Counted from the stretch's first letter, positions 26,266-36,993 are shown. The stretch: 64,000 bases of DNA from an uncultured Chthonomonadaceae bacterium (GCA_963835065.1 CAWIEK010000009.1:1-64000), one strand, 5' to 3'. The notes: generated by a model from the letters alone, not told the origin. Translations and numbers: made by a program.

Positions 26266-27127
26266 TTGCCTGACAACGTATCTGTCCATGCTCAGGAATG
26301 GCGATTTGATCGAAGTTTTGCGAGAGCGTGTGCAGGGCATGGCGCATTTCCAGACCGCGCAGGGCGCGTCCGTGTCCTGTTACGGCGATTTCGGGTTCCA
26401 GCGCGGCGAGGGTGGCGACGGAAGTTCGGGCGCTGTCCCAATCGGGCGTGAAGTACATGGGCGGGCCGTGCAGTTCCGGCTTTTGCGTGGCGACAGCGTA
26501 TGCGGACTCCTGATTGGTGGTGATGAAGGCGTCCCCGACAATCAGAGTGCGGTCTTGTTCGCGCCACAGCGAAATGTGACCGGGCGCGTGTCCCGGCGTG
26601 TGCAGCCATTTCCAGCCGGGCATGAAGGGTACGCTGCCATCGGTCGGCAGGATTTGCAGCCACTGGCTGACATCAATCGGGCCGCGCGGATACAGGGGCG
26701 ACATGACAGCCATCATGCCGTTACCAACTGTCGGGTCGGGCGGCGGGTACGCCAACTGCCCGTTCAAAAACGGCGTTTCCAGTTCGTGCGCGTAAATGGG
26801 AACGTCCCACAGTTCCGCGAGATGCCGCAGTACGCCTACGTGGTCGAAATGCCCGTGCGTCAGCACAATGGCGGCAGGCCGTCCCGTTCCCCCGAATCGC
26901 TCCTTTGCCGCGTCGGTAATCTGCCCCGTCATGCCCGGTATGCCCGCGTCAATCAACACCCACTGCCCATCCCCCGCGTTCGGATTGCCGTAAAAGGCGA
27001 CATTGACAAGCATCAGGCGCTTGTACGCTACATCCGGCGTGACTTCGTGTGTACCATCGTGCCGCTCCTTATCCAATTCGGGATCGTCTGCCCGGCTGTG
27101 CGGGTCAACAGGTATTTGATGTTCCAT
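26246..27127 (-). CDS. Metallo-beta-lactamase fold hydrolase
   Basis: LIDAG, THGHFDHVG, TPGHAPGH, GDAF, TGHG; start at 27127 after CAGGAG. Confidence 0.92.
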   Translation of the reverse strand: MEHQIPVDPHSRADDPELDKERHDGTHEVTPDVAYKRLMLVNVAFYGNPNAGDGQWVLIDAGIPGMTGQITDAAKERFGGTGRPAAIVLTHGHFDHVGVLRHLAELWDVPIYAHELETPFLNGQLAYPPPDPTVGNGMMAVMSPLYPRGPIDVSQWLQILPTDGSVPFMPGWKWLHTPGHAPGHISLWREQDRTLIVGDAFITTNQESAYAVATQKPELHGPPMYFTPDWDSARTSVATLAALEPEIAVTGHGRALRGLEMRHALHTLSQNFDQIAIPEHGQIRCQARIRMKR

Positions 27128-27402
27128 GTCATTCTGCTCCTGAATGGCGATAAATCGTAAGCCGACGATTTGCGGCATACCATGACAAATATGCGGAGTA
27201 ATCGTAATTCGTTCCCGTAAAGTTTGCGCCTTATAATGCGCGTTTTAATGTTGATGCCAGGGATAGCGTACAAAAGAAAGATAGATGTTGAGCGCTGTGG
27301 CGCAAGTTCCCACTGTACCTAAAATCAAGGCGGCAATCACAATCATTCCTTCGCCCCCGTTCCCGCGCAAACGCCAACAGCTGCCATTCCGCAAAACACA
27401 GA

Positions 27403-27718
27403 AAAAACACAGAAAAAAGATTCAAAAAACTCAAAAACAGTGAACCCTTTGCCCAATGCAGCCGTCTAAATACCAGAACAACGTCTACTATTCAAATGTT
27501 AGACACACAGGAAGGTTGAACGTTCGCAGTTCCTATCAACTATCAACTACCAACTATCAACTAAGAAGGGAGGTGCCAGTCCTATGTTCCCCCTCTCCCG
27601 CCCGCCCTGACGCTTTCGAGGCCACGACGCCTCTCTCCTACAACCAGGCACAATGAGACATCGGGCTGGAAGCGCTGTATTGCCAAAATTTCGACGATGC
27701 CTCTACATACTCTTTTTT
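27403..27718 (+). repeat. Dispersed element copy 2, with inserted heptamer (CTATCAA) tract
   Basis: Homologous to 7051-7312; extra sequence at 27516-27569. Confidence 0.85.
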
Positions 27719-27767
27719 CTGCTTGCCCTTTCCTGTTCTTCATCCTTTAACCTCTCAACCGACGTAA

Positions 27768-30035
27768 CTAACTTGCTGTAAGAATAAGCAGCCAATCCTG
27801 ATCGGCTTTCGGCGGTTCGGGCGAATGCCAGAGGCTTTTAGCGTCGCCTTGTACTTTGCCGATACGCGAACGCTGGCCGGTTATGGGGTCAATCCAGACG
27901 GCGTTGTAGGGCTTGTCGGTTTGCAGATGGGTGAGCGTGACGCTTTGCGCTTGCGGCAGGTATACGATGCGCAGGGTGTTGGCCGTACCCGCGCAGCAGG
28001 GAAGCAAGCGCGGTTCGCCCTGCGCGGCCTGTCCCCACGGGCCTTGACCGTAGGGCGCAACGGCAAGGGCTTGTTTCCACGCGCTGTCATCGAAGCCTGC
28101 GTCATGCCAGCCAGGCGCTTCCTGCCGCGAAGTTCGCCAGGCCGCATCCGTAGCAAGAATTTGGGTTGTGCCGTCGGCAAATTGCAGTTCCAGTTTGGCG
28201 ATCAGTCCGGCGGGATTTTGCGCGACGGGCGCGGGCTGATTGGCCGCCAGAACGGTAAGCGCGTTTGCGCCGGGTTTTACCCATCGTTCCAAACCCGTGA
28301 ACTCTTTACCCGCCTTCCAGTTGGCGTCCGAGCCGAGTTCCTGCCCGTTCAGCCAAACCGTAAACTTGTCATCGGCGGCGATTTTCAGGCGGGCGCGAAC
28401 CGGCATTTTGCCTTGCGGCAGGGTAAACTCGCGGCGGAAATAGCGGCTTTCGGTTGGCGCGTCCTGAGCAGGATTTCCCTCCGGGAACCATATCCACGCG
28501 CTGCCATCCAGCGTCAGGGTTTTGGCTTCCGCGCTGACAACCCATTCAGGATGGGGCGCGCAATGTTCCCAGTGGTAGTTCAGCAGCAGTCTGCGCGCCA
28601 GTCCCACCTGCGCGGAACCCGGAAACTGCATGGCCTTGTTCCACGGAATGTTGGTGTAGCCGCCGAAGGTGACGGACGGTTCGCCCTCCCGGTTTACCTG
28701 CCAGATGCCGTTGCCGCCATAGGTGTAGCCCGCGCAGCCGTTGAGCAGGCAGTTCCACACGAACAAGCGCTGCACGGACGCATTGTTGTAATCGGGAGAA
28801 AGCAGCGCCTCATAATTGACTTCGCCTTCCACAATCGGCAGGACGGGCGCGGCGTTGTACGAGGCGCGAATGGTGTTAAGCGTGGGCGTCAGATCGTTGA
28901 GGCTGCCGTGCCCGGTTTGCAGCATGTCGTAATCCAGCGCGTTCGCGTCCAATGTCGCGCCCCGCGCGCTCAGTTTTCCCAATCCCGTCGGATGCACCGT
29001 CAGAACGCGCCGAAACGGGTCGGTTTGCCGAACGGCACGGCTGATTTCCGTCCATTCCCGCACCTGCCCGGTGTCTTCATAAGGAAAACCCGGCAGCTTA
29101 TAATACGGCAGATTCACTTCGCCCGCCACGCACCAGATCACGGGCATTGCGCCATAGCGGGCGATCAAATACCGCCAGTGCTGTGTCAATCGCTCCGTGC
29201 CCATGAACGGCTGAAAGTAGCCCCACGCGCCCACAATACACGGCGTCAGGCCGTTTTCCACAAGGGATTGCAGGCGTTTGTCCGCTTCCTGAAAGTATTC
29301 GGGACGGATGCGCTTGTAATCGGGTTCCCAGGGCAGGCCGGCCTCGTTCGCGCCGCGTGGATCGAGCGGAGGCATTTCCGGGTACAATCCCGCCACAATC
29401 TGAACTACGTTGAAGCCTTTGGCTTTGCGGTCAGCGGTCAGGGTTTGAAACTCGTCAGGCCAATGCAGGCGCTTGCTCAATCCCATCCACCACGTATCGC
29501 CAAGCCACAAAAACGGCGTTCCATCCGCGTGTTCAAAAGTACGCTTGTTTGAGGAAACCCGAACCGGCCCATGCCGATACAGCAAATTACTGCCCCGGTA
29601 CTTCGTGACCGCCAGCATTCCGCTGATGTTCTGTAAATCAGGGTTTGCCGCGTCGCTGCAAAGCGTACGGAAATGGTACGTTCCCGCCTTGCTTGCCGCA
29701 TAGCGAACGCGCCACGTTTGCCCGCCATCCCAAAAAGCCGGGACGCGCTGCTGCGCCCCGTCCGGCGTGGTGAAAATGGCGTCCAGCGTCACGTCATTGA
29801 AGGGATCGGCATACGCTTTATGGGAGGTAAACGCCCATTCCGCAACCATGTTGGCCGGAATCTTACGCGGCTTGTCCTCGGCGTTCGCTCCTCTGAGCGC
29901 GTTCAGCAGCAGCAATCCGGCAGTCAAAGCGCACCAGAGCAGACGCGCCACAAGCGTTCTCCTTTCGCAGCCCACAACTTCTGAGAGGGCGCAAGCATTC
30001 GAAATAGATGCTCCATTGTACCAGACTTCATACAC
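27768..30035 (-). CDS. Secreted DUF5060/DUF4038-type glycoside hydrolase with inserted beta-sandwich domain
   Basis: AFWDGGQTWRVRY, DGTPFLWLGDTWW, RKAKGFNVVQ, YLIARYGA, EVNYE, GYTYG; insert WIW...YFRREF...NPAGLI; start uncertain. Confidence 0.82.
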   Translation of the reverse strand: MYEVWYNGASISNACALSEVVGCERRTLVARLLWCALTAGLLLLNALRGANAEDKPRKIPANMVAEWAFTSHKAYADPFNDVTLDAIFTTPDGAQQRVPAFWDGGQTWRVRYAASKAGTYHFRTLCSDAANPDLQNISGMLAVTKYRGSNLLYRHGPVRVSSNKRTFEHADGTPFLWLGDTWWMGLSKRLHWPDEFQTLTADRKAKGFNVVQIVAGLYPEMPPLDPRGANEAGLPWEPDYKRIRPEYFQEADKRLQSLVENGLTPCIVGAWGYFQPFMGTERLTQHWRYLIARYGAMPVIWCVAGEVNLPYYKLPGFPYEDTGQVREWTEISRAVRQTDPFRRVLTVHPTGLGKLSARGATLDANALDYDMLQTGHGSLNDLTPTLNTIRASYNAAPVLPIVEGEVNYEALLSPDYNNASVQRLFVWNCLLNGCAGYTYGGNGIWQVNREGEPSVTFGGYTNIPWNKAMQFPGSAQVGLARRLLLNYHWEHCAPHPEWVVSAEAKTLTLDGSAWIWFPEGNPAQDAPTESRYFRREFTLPQGKMPVRARLKIAADDKFTVWLNGQELGSDANWKAGKEFTGLERWVKPGANALTVLAANQPAPVAQNPAGLIAKLELQFADGTTQILATDAAWRTSRQEAPGWHDAGFDDSAWKQALAVAPYGQGPWGQAAQGEPRLLPCCAGTANTLRIVYLPQAQSVTLTHLQTDKPYNAVWIDPITGQRSRIGKVQGDAKSLWHSPEPPKADQDWLLILTAS

Positions 30036-30120
30036 GTTACATCTACTTTCAACCCCCGTATACTCTGCGCATAACTTTAGGTGGCGGATATTTTCTCCGT
30101 GCTTTTATTTTACTATGCGC

Positions 30121-30149
30121 TTGACAAATTAAAGCGTGTGCGGCATAAT
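30121..30149 (+). promoter_or_regulatory. sigma70 promoter upstream of DoxX gene
   Basis: TTGACA-N17-CATAAT. Confidence 0.7.
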
Positions 30150-30222
30150 ACACACATGGAAGCCTGAAAACTTCGTTACCACTTGTTTCGGGGCTTATGA
30201 CGGGGCTTATGAAAGGATTGCT

Positions 30223-30678
30223 ATGAAAATCGCCACGCTGATTGCTCGTAACCTGCTCGGCTTGATGTTCGTTGTATTTGGGCTGAACGGGTTCCTTCGC
30301 TTCCTTCCCCAGCCGCCGCCGCCTGCCGGTATGGCGATGCAGTATCTGGGCGTGTTGTCCGCCTCCCATTACATGGTTCCGGTGTTTTTGCTGCAGTTGA
30401 TCGGCGGCGCGCTGCTGCTGGCAAACCGGTTTGTTCCCATCGCCCTCGTGCTGCTCGGCCCGGTCATCGTCAACATTCTCCTGTATCACACGCTGATGGC
30501 TCCGGCAGGATTGCCGCCGGGAACAGTGGCGCTGGTACTGTGGCTGCTTGTCTTTTACGGAGTACGCTCGGCGTTCGCGGGCGTGTTTGCGATGCAGGTG
30601 GAAAGTCCGGGGGAAGTTCGTCGTGACGGCTCGCAAAATGTGACGACAGCCGGCAGCGCCGGTCGCATCCCAACGTAG
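30223..30678 (+). CDS. DoxX family membrane protein
   Basis: ARNLLGLMFVVFGLNGFL, PVIVNILLYH; four hydrophobic segments. Confidence 0.88.
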   Translation: MKIATLIARNLLGLMFVVFGLNGFLRFLPQPPPPAGMAMQYLGVLSASHYMVPVFLLQLIGGALLLANRFVPIALVLLGPVIVNILLYHTLMAPAGLPPGTVALVLWLLVFYGVRSAFAGVFAMQVESPGEVRRDGSQNVTTAGSAGRIPT

Positions 30679-30817
30679 ATAAGACAATAGACCTGTTTCA
30701 TAAGTCTACTCGATGAGATAGGAATTGCCGCGTTCGCAAGGACTTATGAAACAGGTCTAATGAAAGTGTTTCTAACCGGCGCAGGCATACAAAGGCGAAA
30801 GAAAACAAGGTCGGAAT

Positions 30818-31843
30818 ATGGAAGTCGGAATAGACAGTTTTGCCGCCGTAATGTCGGAAGACAGCCCCTATCTTCCCGTCAGCGCGTCCGAAGCGATGCG
30901 CGAATTGCTCGAACGCATTGCCTACGCCGATGAGGTCGGGCTGGACATTTTCGGGATCGGGGAACACCACCGCCCGGAGTTTCTCGATAGCGCGCCTGCC
31001 GTGATTCTTGCGGCGGCGGCAGCGCGAACGCGGCGTATCCGGCTGACCAGCGCCGTGACCGTACTCAGCGCCGCCGACCCGGTTCGCGTGTTTCAGAATT
31101 TCGCCACCCTTGATTTGATCTCGCAGGGACGGGCGGAAATGGTTGTCGGGCGCGGCTCGTTTACCGAGTCTTTCCCGCTGTTCGGCCTGCATTTCAAAGA
31201 TTACGACTCGCTGTTTACGGAGAAACTCGACCTGCTGCTCAACATCCGCGACAATGAGCATGTCCGCTGGTCCGGTAAACATCGGCCCGCGCTTACGGGG
31301 CAGGGCGTTTATCCGCGCCCTTTGCAAAATCCGCTGCCCATCTGGCTGGGGGTTGGCGGTACGCCCGAATCGTTTGCGCGCGCCGGCACACTTGGATTGC
31401 CGCTCATGGTCGCCATCATCGGCGGGGAAACGCACCGATTCCGGCCCCTTGTTGATTTGTATCGGGAAGCGGGGAAGCGGGCGGGACACGCGCCGGAGCA
31501 GTTGAAGGTCGGCTTACATTCCCTGGGCTATGTGGCGGAAACCACGCAGGAAGCCGTCAATGACTACTATCCGGGCTACGCCCGCGCGTTTACCCGGATC
31601 GGCAGGGAACGGGGATGGCCGCCCGTCACCCGCGCCCACTTCGACGCGCAGCAGGGACCCAAAGGCGCGCTGCTGGTCGGCAGTCCCGAAGAAGTAGCGG
31701 AAAAGATTGCCCGGCACAGCGAGGCATTGGGCGGCATTGACCGCGTAACTTTCCAGATGGACAATGCGGACTTATCTCATGCGCAACTCAGGCAGGCCAT
31801 CGAATTGCTTGGCGCTCGCGTCGCGCCCACGTTGCGTAAATAG
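30818..31843 (+). CDS. LLM class flavin-dependent oxidoreductase
   Basis: GIGEHHR, RLTSAVTVLSAADPVRV, GRGSFTESFPLFG. Confidence 0.94.
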   Translation: MEVGIDSFAAVMSEDSPYLPVSASEAMRELLERIAYADEVGLDIFGIGEHHRPEFLDSAPAVILAAAAARTRRIRLTSAVTVLSAADPVRVFQNFATLDLISQGRAEMVVGRGSFTESFPLFGLHFKDYDSLFTEKLDLLLNIRDNEHVRWSGKHRPALTGQGVYPRPLQNPLPIWLGVGGTPESFARAGTLGLPLMVAIIGGETHRFRPLVDLYREAGKRAGHAPEQLKVGLHSLGYVAETTQEAVNDYYPGYARAFTRIGRERGWPPVTRAHFDAQQGPKGALLVGSPEEVAEKIARHSEALGGIDRVTFQMDNADLSHAQLRQAIELLGARVAPTLRK

Positions 31844-31952
31844 TTCGCTCCATAGTCCAGAACTCAGGAGGAAAACATTTATAAATCATCCCTGTTAAGG
31901 AATTTACCCGGCAGTGCTTGCGGCGACTGACTCCCCCGTGTTATAATGGGAC

Positions 31953-33482
31953 ATGATTTACCATCGGCTTTCCTCTGGTTTTTGCCTGCTTCTGCTGCCG
32001 CTTTCTGCTTTGTGCGCAGTCTCGGTTCCTGCGCCGCGCAAAGGGACTGTGACGGCGCGGCTTGCGCCTGCCGCGCCCCGTATACCGGGGCAAACCTCGC
32101 GCCGAAACCGGACGCGCTCAACTCCGCCCCCGCCTGCCGACGGCTGCGCCAATCAGCAGTCGCCTCTCGTGCGCGTGTGCTTGCTGCGCTATGCGGGCGC
32201 GTCACAGATCGTTGTGGAAGCGCTTGCCGGAGCAAAATTGCTGGACGAAATGGGCAAAGAGCGGGCGGCGGGTATCGGCCCGTGGACGTTTACGTCAGAG
32301 GGTGGCGGCATACAGGCGCGGGATGCGCGGGGTAAAAAGTTAGGCGCGATTGTGGAAGGACAGCCCTGGCGGGTGCAGACGGAGGACGGCGACGCGCAAA
32401 TCGGCCTGCGCGGTTCAGGAAGCGCTATACGCCACTATCACGGCAGCATGGAAATCCGCAATGCGGGCGGGCAAATTCGCGTCATCAACGAAGTGGATAT
32501 AGAATCGTATCTGTGCGGCGTGGTTATCAGCGAGATCGGCGACGGGCCACTTGAAGCCATCAAAGCGCAGGCCATTGCCGCCCGCACCTACGCCATCAGC
32601 AGCCGGGGCCGCTGGAAAACCGACGGCTATGACCTGCGCGATACGGTTGACTCGCAGGCGTACAACGGCATTGAAGCGGAAACGAGCGACGGCAACCGCG
32701 CTGTGCGCGAAACAGCCGGCTGGATACTGACACTAAACGGGCAGGCCATTGACGCGGATTTTTGCGACGATTGCGGCGGCGTCACGGCTCCGGGTGACGA
32801 TCCCAACATCCTGCCGCGCTCCGTTTCCGATGCGGAAGCGCACCGCAACATCCGCCGTTCGCCGCATGGAACGTGGACGCTGAACCTGACGGCGGATAAA
32901 TTGGGCGCGATAGCAGGCCGAAACAGCAAGGCGCGAGGAACCGGAACCCTGCTCGGCGTGGAAATCAGCGCGCGGGATGTGTCCGGGCGGGCGCAGCGCG
33001 TCCGCCTCGGATGGGGGCCAAAGACCCTATCCGGTTCCTCCCTCCCAACTACTTCCGCCAATTCCGCCGCGAGTTCCTCTACGAACGCAATGCCGCCTGA
33101 CCCCTCTGAGGGCAGCCGAACCTCCACTTCCCCGCTTGTACCGCCTTCGGCTCCCGCGCTGCCCACCGCTACGATGTTCACGGAAATCAGCGGCGACACT
33201 TTGCGCGGACTGATTGGCTACAACGTTTTGCGCAGCACCCTGTTTACGGTTCGGCGGATGCCCAACGGAGATTTTCAGTTCGACGGCAAGGGATGGGGGC
33301 ATGGGCATGGCCTGTGCCAGCAGGGCGCTCTCGCCCTCGCCGCTCCCCCGCTCAACCGCGCCGCCGCCGCCATCGTCCAGCATTACTATCCCGGCGCGCA
33401 GCTTACGCGCATGACGCAGGCGGCGGAGGAAGGGGCAGAAGAGGGAAGAGGGAAAAGGGAAAAGAAAAAAGAAAAAATATAG
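31953..33482 (+). CDS. SpoIID/LytB domain protein (lytic transglycosylase-like)
   Basis: INEVDIESYLCGVV..E, EAIKAQAIAARTYA, SQAY, GWGHGHGLCQQGA, HYYPG. Confidence 0.92.
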   Translation: MIYHRLSSGFCLLLLPLSALCAVSVPAPRKGTVTARLAPAAPRIPGQTSRRNRTRSTPPPPADGCANQQSPLVRVCLLRYAGASQIVVEALAGAKLLDEMGKERAAGIGPWTFTSEGGGIQARDARGKKLGAIVEGQPWRVQTEDGDAQIGLRGSGSAIRHYHGSMEIRNAGGQIRVINEVDIESYLCGVVISEIGDGPLEAIKAQAIAARTYAISSRGRWKTDGYDLRDTVDSQAYNGIEAETSDGNRAVRETAGWILTLNGQAIDADFCDDCGGVTAPGDDPNILPRSVSDAEAHRNIRRSPHGTWTLNLTADKLGAIAGRNSKARGTGTLLGVEISARDVSGRAQRVRLGWGPKTLSGSSLPTTSANSAASSSTNAMPPDPSEGSRTSTSPLVPPSAPALPTATMFTEISGDTLRGLIGYNVLRSTLFTVRRMPNGDFQFDGKGWGHGHGLCQQGALALAAPPLNRAAAAIVQHYYPGAQLTRMTQAAEEGAEEGRGKREKKKEKI

Positions 33483-33526
33483 GAGGCGATATAAAGGAAC
33501 ACGAATAGAGCAAATTACCGGAAATA

Positions 33527-33567
33527 ACAACGCGCCCTGCTTTTTCTTGAAAAGCAGGGCGCGTTGT
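33527..33567. terminator. Stem-loop after SpoIID gene
   Basis: ACAACGCGCCCTGCTTTT / AAAAGCAGGGCGCGTTGT. Confidence 0.6.
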
Positions 33568-33810
33568 ATAACACACCGGTACACTGCGGCATAGATTCGC
33601 CAGAAGTTCTTTCGTCCGCAGGACGATTGACCGAAGGCCTAATAACCGCCAACGAGATTTAGATGGTATATACCGGTTCCTACCAGCATATTTACACCAT
33701 GGCGTACCAGACGCGGCGCGATACAGGAAGCCACAACAAAGTTAGGCCAGGATAATGTAAGGTGTGCCTGGCATCTTGATATACACAAACAAAAATGGCA
33801 CACGGCGCGT

Positions 33811-34119
33811 TTACTGGTGACGATGCGGCACAAGCGCGCATTGCCGCCACATAGCCCGCCACTCCAGAAGCGTTGCTTCCAGCGCTTGTTCCGGCGACTC
33901 GCCAATGGAACGTCGCTTGTGATACTCCTCAAACGCAAGCGCGTAGCCGGGCAGCAACATTTCCGCATCTTCATCGGTGATGGTGAAGCCGGACGCATCG
34001 CAACAGACAGCTGGCGCGCAGGCAGTTTTGTTATGTTCGCTGTCAATGATTGAAGCGACGACAGGACGAACCGCAGTTTTGTATATCTCATTCATCATGG
34101 TTTGATACTTGCTTTCCAC
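33811..34119 (-). CDS. Hypothetical protein
   Basis: ~100 aa ORF in otherwise empty region; minus-strand TTGTTT-N17-TATACT at 34294-34322 upstream. Confidence 0.45.
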   Translation of the reverse strand: MESKYQTMMNEIYKTAVRPVVASIIDSEHNKTACAPAVCCDASGFTITDEDAEMLLPGYALAFEEYHKRRSIGESPEQALEATLLEWRAMWRQCALVPHRHQ

Positions 34120-34326
34120 TCATCCCAGAGTGAACGACATCAAGGTCATTGGAGGCAAGCGGGAACCAACGCGCTTGTGGCGCGTTGTTATAAGCAGACG
34201 ATAGACACTGGCGAATGTTCCCGGAATAGAATTAGGAAGAGGCAACCCCCGCAAGTTCACTGGAAGAGCGGAGTTTTCGATGCAACTGATGTTAGTATAG
34301 CCACTTTTTCAATGAAAAACAAGGCT

Positions 34327-34368
34327 AAAAAGTGGCAATTTCCTGAAAACTCAGGAAATTGCCACTTT
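34327..34368 (-). terminator. Intrinsic terminator of S53 protease gene
   Basis: AAAGTGGCAATTTCCTGA / TCAGGAAATTGCCACTTT, T-run on minus strand. Confidence 0.8.
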
Positions 34369-34415
34369 CTGCCATAAATAGGGGCGCGGAACGACTGCCG
34401 CTCCTTCGCCAGGGG

Positions 34416-36788
34416 CTACTGCGCGTTCAGCGCGAAGTCATCCACCAGGAATGAGGTTGCGAGGGAACTATCTTCCACACCCACCAGATAGACCTGCACC
34501 GTTTGCCCCTTGTAAGCCGACAAGTCAAACGTTTTTTGGGTGTACGCGCTGCCTTTGTTCAGGTTGGAGTAGGTTGCGAGGGTGGTTAAAACCGCGCCGC
34601 TGCTGTTACGCACCTGCACTTTGAGCGTGTCGTAGGCCGATGTAGTTGTAGTTTCCTTGGTGGTGACGAGCAGCCAGAAGGTCAGTGTCGCGCTCGTAAC
34701 GGTGGAAGGAATAGTTACCGTCTGGTACACCGTATCGGTGTGCGCCGAGCCATAACCATCCATCCAGGCTTTCCAACTGCCGCTGTGGGCGGGAGCGCCG
34801 GTGGAACTGTCAATCACGCCCGAAGTCGTCGTCCACGAACCGTCGGCTCCACTTTCAAAGCCGGGATTTTTCAGCAGTTGCGTGGGGGTTCCGCCGCCGC
34901 CGCCACCGCCACCGCTTACCGTGCCACCGGCAAGGTCGGTCAGCAGGTTCGCGCCGTTGTTGATGGTTCCCAGCCCGGTTGCCGCGTCGTAGCCGGAAAC
35001 TGCCGGGTAGTACAGGTTGGTGCTGCCGTCGGCGATGTCATGGAACTCTGTGGTGTAGTTGCTGCCTTTGCCAATGGTGTATAAAGGCGGGTTGGCGAAA
35101 CCTAACACGCCTTTGCCGGCGCTGACGCGCTGCTGATTGACCAGCGCGATAAACGCCGACCAGAGCGGAGCGGCGCAGCTTGTGCCGCCATAAATGTTCC
35201 ATTTGCCGCCAACGTAAATGGCATAGCCGCTGTTCGGGTCGGCGTCGAGAGAAACGTCGGGCACGTTGCGGTACGTGGTGGAGGTTTTCGCGGCGGTAGA
35301 GCCGAAGCCGACTTGATACGATGGAATAGTCCAGACCGTGCTGATGCCGCCACCCCCACCGCCATTGGCAATGCTGCCGCCGTTCCAGGTGGTTTCCGAA
35401 CTCCATGCGCCGCCTGCGCCACTGGTGGTCAGTTTGGTTCCGCCAACGCCCGTCATGTAGGGCTGCGAAGCCGGGTCGTCCACACTCAGCGAGGAGCCGT
35501 TGTCATACGCGCCGCTGTCGCCCGCGGCGGCAAAGATGCTCTGCCCCTGCGCGGCCATCTGCTGAAAAGCGTTGTTTTCGCTGGTGCGCGCGCTGGAACT
35601 GTTGCCGCTTTCGTACAATCCCCAACTGGTGCTGACGCTTTTGGCAAGGTTGTCCGTAGCGATGCGGTTGTACGTATCCACGACGCCCGCATTAGAATTC
35701 GGTCCCTCGTACACGTAAATCTTGGACGCGCCCGGGGCAAGGGCGATTTGCAGTTCGATGTCGAGCGTCACTTCGCCCGCGCCGCTGCCCGCCGCGCCCG
35801 TAGCGCTATCTACCAGCACATTTTGCAGGGACACGCTGGGCAGGCCGAAGTTGCCTTCGTAGGCCGTAATATCGCTGGCCTTGTAGCCGTCGAGTTCAAA
35901 CAAGCCCAGGGTTTGCCCCGTGCCGGTTTGCGTCACGCCGCTCAGTCCGTAGGCTTTCTTGATGTCATTCGGCGCTAATCCCCCGCCTGGCCCGGAACCT
36001 GTTAGGCGAGGGTCTGCTCCCCCGCCCGTACCCGGACTATCGCCTAGCGGAACCAGCGGATTGGCGGGTGGATTAAGAAAAGCAAGCGGGTCCATCGGCT
36101 TCAAGCGGTTGTGCGGCTGCCAGACGGCGGCGGTATCCAATCCGACGACGCTTTGCAACTTGCCGGCAAGACCGGCGGGAATCACAGGGTCGGCGTCCGG
36201 CGCGCGGAACACGCGCCCGGTGGGTAACCGGTACTGCTTCAAGCGCAGGCCGAAGGCGGCTTCCACGTTTTGCGCCGGGGCAGCCACATCCAGGATCAGG
36301 CGGTTGGGATGGGTCGCCGTTACGGTCAGGCCCTGCGCCTGCGCGAAGGCGGCAACCGCGTTGTAATCGGCCTGCGTGGGCGCGAACTGCGCGTTGAATT
36401 GTTCGGGCGTCAGATATTTGCCGTACAGGGGATCGTTGGGATCGTACAGGCGCGTCAGCAGATCGGTGAGCGCGGCTTGATTGCGCAGGGGCAGGGCGAG
36501 GGCGAGATTGACGGTTTCCGCAGGCTGGACGCGGCCAATCAAATTGGCGCTTTGCACCACGTCGGGAATATGGCCGCGCAGGTGTACCGCGCCGGTTTGC
36601 GCGCCGGCGGACAGAGAAAGTGTGGCAAGGCCACAAAAAGCGGATAGGGAAGCTAGAACACGCGAAGCCGAAACCAACCGCGAACCGGCGCGGCGAAAAA
36701 AGCGACCAGAGCAGCGTTGTTTCAAATCCAAACTCCTATGGCCGGACCTTGCCCGGCGGGGGTCACGCGAAGAAGGCTTGGGATGCAT
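34416..36788 (-). CDS. S53 family (sedolisin/kumamolisin-like) peptidase with pro-domain and C-terminal beta-sandwich
   Basis: Pro-domain YGKYLTPEQF; EVTLDIE, AAGDSG, RNVPDVS, GGTSCAAP catalytic motifs; Gly linker. Confidence 0.94.
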   Translation of the reverse strand: MHPKPSSRDPRRARSGHRSLDLKQRCSGRFFRRAGSRLVSASRVLASLSAFCGLATLSLSAGAQTGAVHLRGHIPDVVQSANLIGRVQPAETVNLALALPLRNQAALTDLLTRLYDPNDPLYGKYLTPEQFNAQFAPTQADYNAVAAFAQAQGLTVTATHPNRLILDVAAPAQNVEAAFGLRLKQYRLPTGRVFRAPDADPVIPAGLAGKLQSVVGLDTAAVWQPHNRLKPMDPLAFLNPPANPLVPLGDSPGTGGGADPRLTGSGPGGGLAPNDIKKAYGLSGVTQTGTGQTLGLFELDGYKASDITAYEGNFGLPSVSLQNVLVDSATGAAGSGAGEVTLDIELQIALAPGASKIYVYEGPNSNAGVVDTYNRIATDNLAKSVSTSWGLYESGNSSSARTSENNAFQQMAAQGQSIFAAAGDSGAYDNGSSLSVDDPASQPYMTGVGGTKLTTSGAGGAWSSETTWNGGSIANGGGGGGISTVWTIPSYQVGFGSTAAKTSTTYRNVPDVSLDADPNSGYAIYVGGKWNIYGGTSCAAPLWSAFIALVNQQRVSAGKGVLGFANPPLYTIGKGSNYTTEFHDIADGSTNLYYPAVSGYDAATGLGTINNGANLLTDLAGGTVSGGGGGGGGTPTQLLKNPGFESGADGSWTTTSGVIDSSTGAPAHSGSWKAWMDGYGSAHTDTVYQTVTIPSTVTSATLTFWLLVTTKETTTTSAYDTLKVQVRNSSGAVLTTLATYSNLNKGSAYTQKTFDLSAYKGQTVQVYLVGVEDSSLATSFLVDDFALNAQ

Positions 36789-36993
36789 CGTTGCGGAAGA
36801 AACTCTTGCGCGCGAATGTCGGTCAGAAAAGTACAGGGGTATTGTACAGGGTACTTATGAGAATAGCCAGTATATTTACCAAAAATACAGGTGTAAACTG
36901 CTATTTTTTACAATTTTACGGATACGCAGACGCAGGTAGCTTGAAGACGGCAAGCCAATGCAAGTTCGTTGGGAATTTACATCGGCGGCGGTA

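Noticed and set aside
34120..34290. Riboswitch in the long leader of the 33811-34119 ORF
   Set aside because: Small hairpins are present but no known aptamer consensus was recognised.
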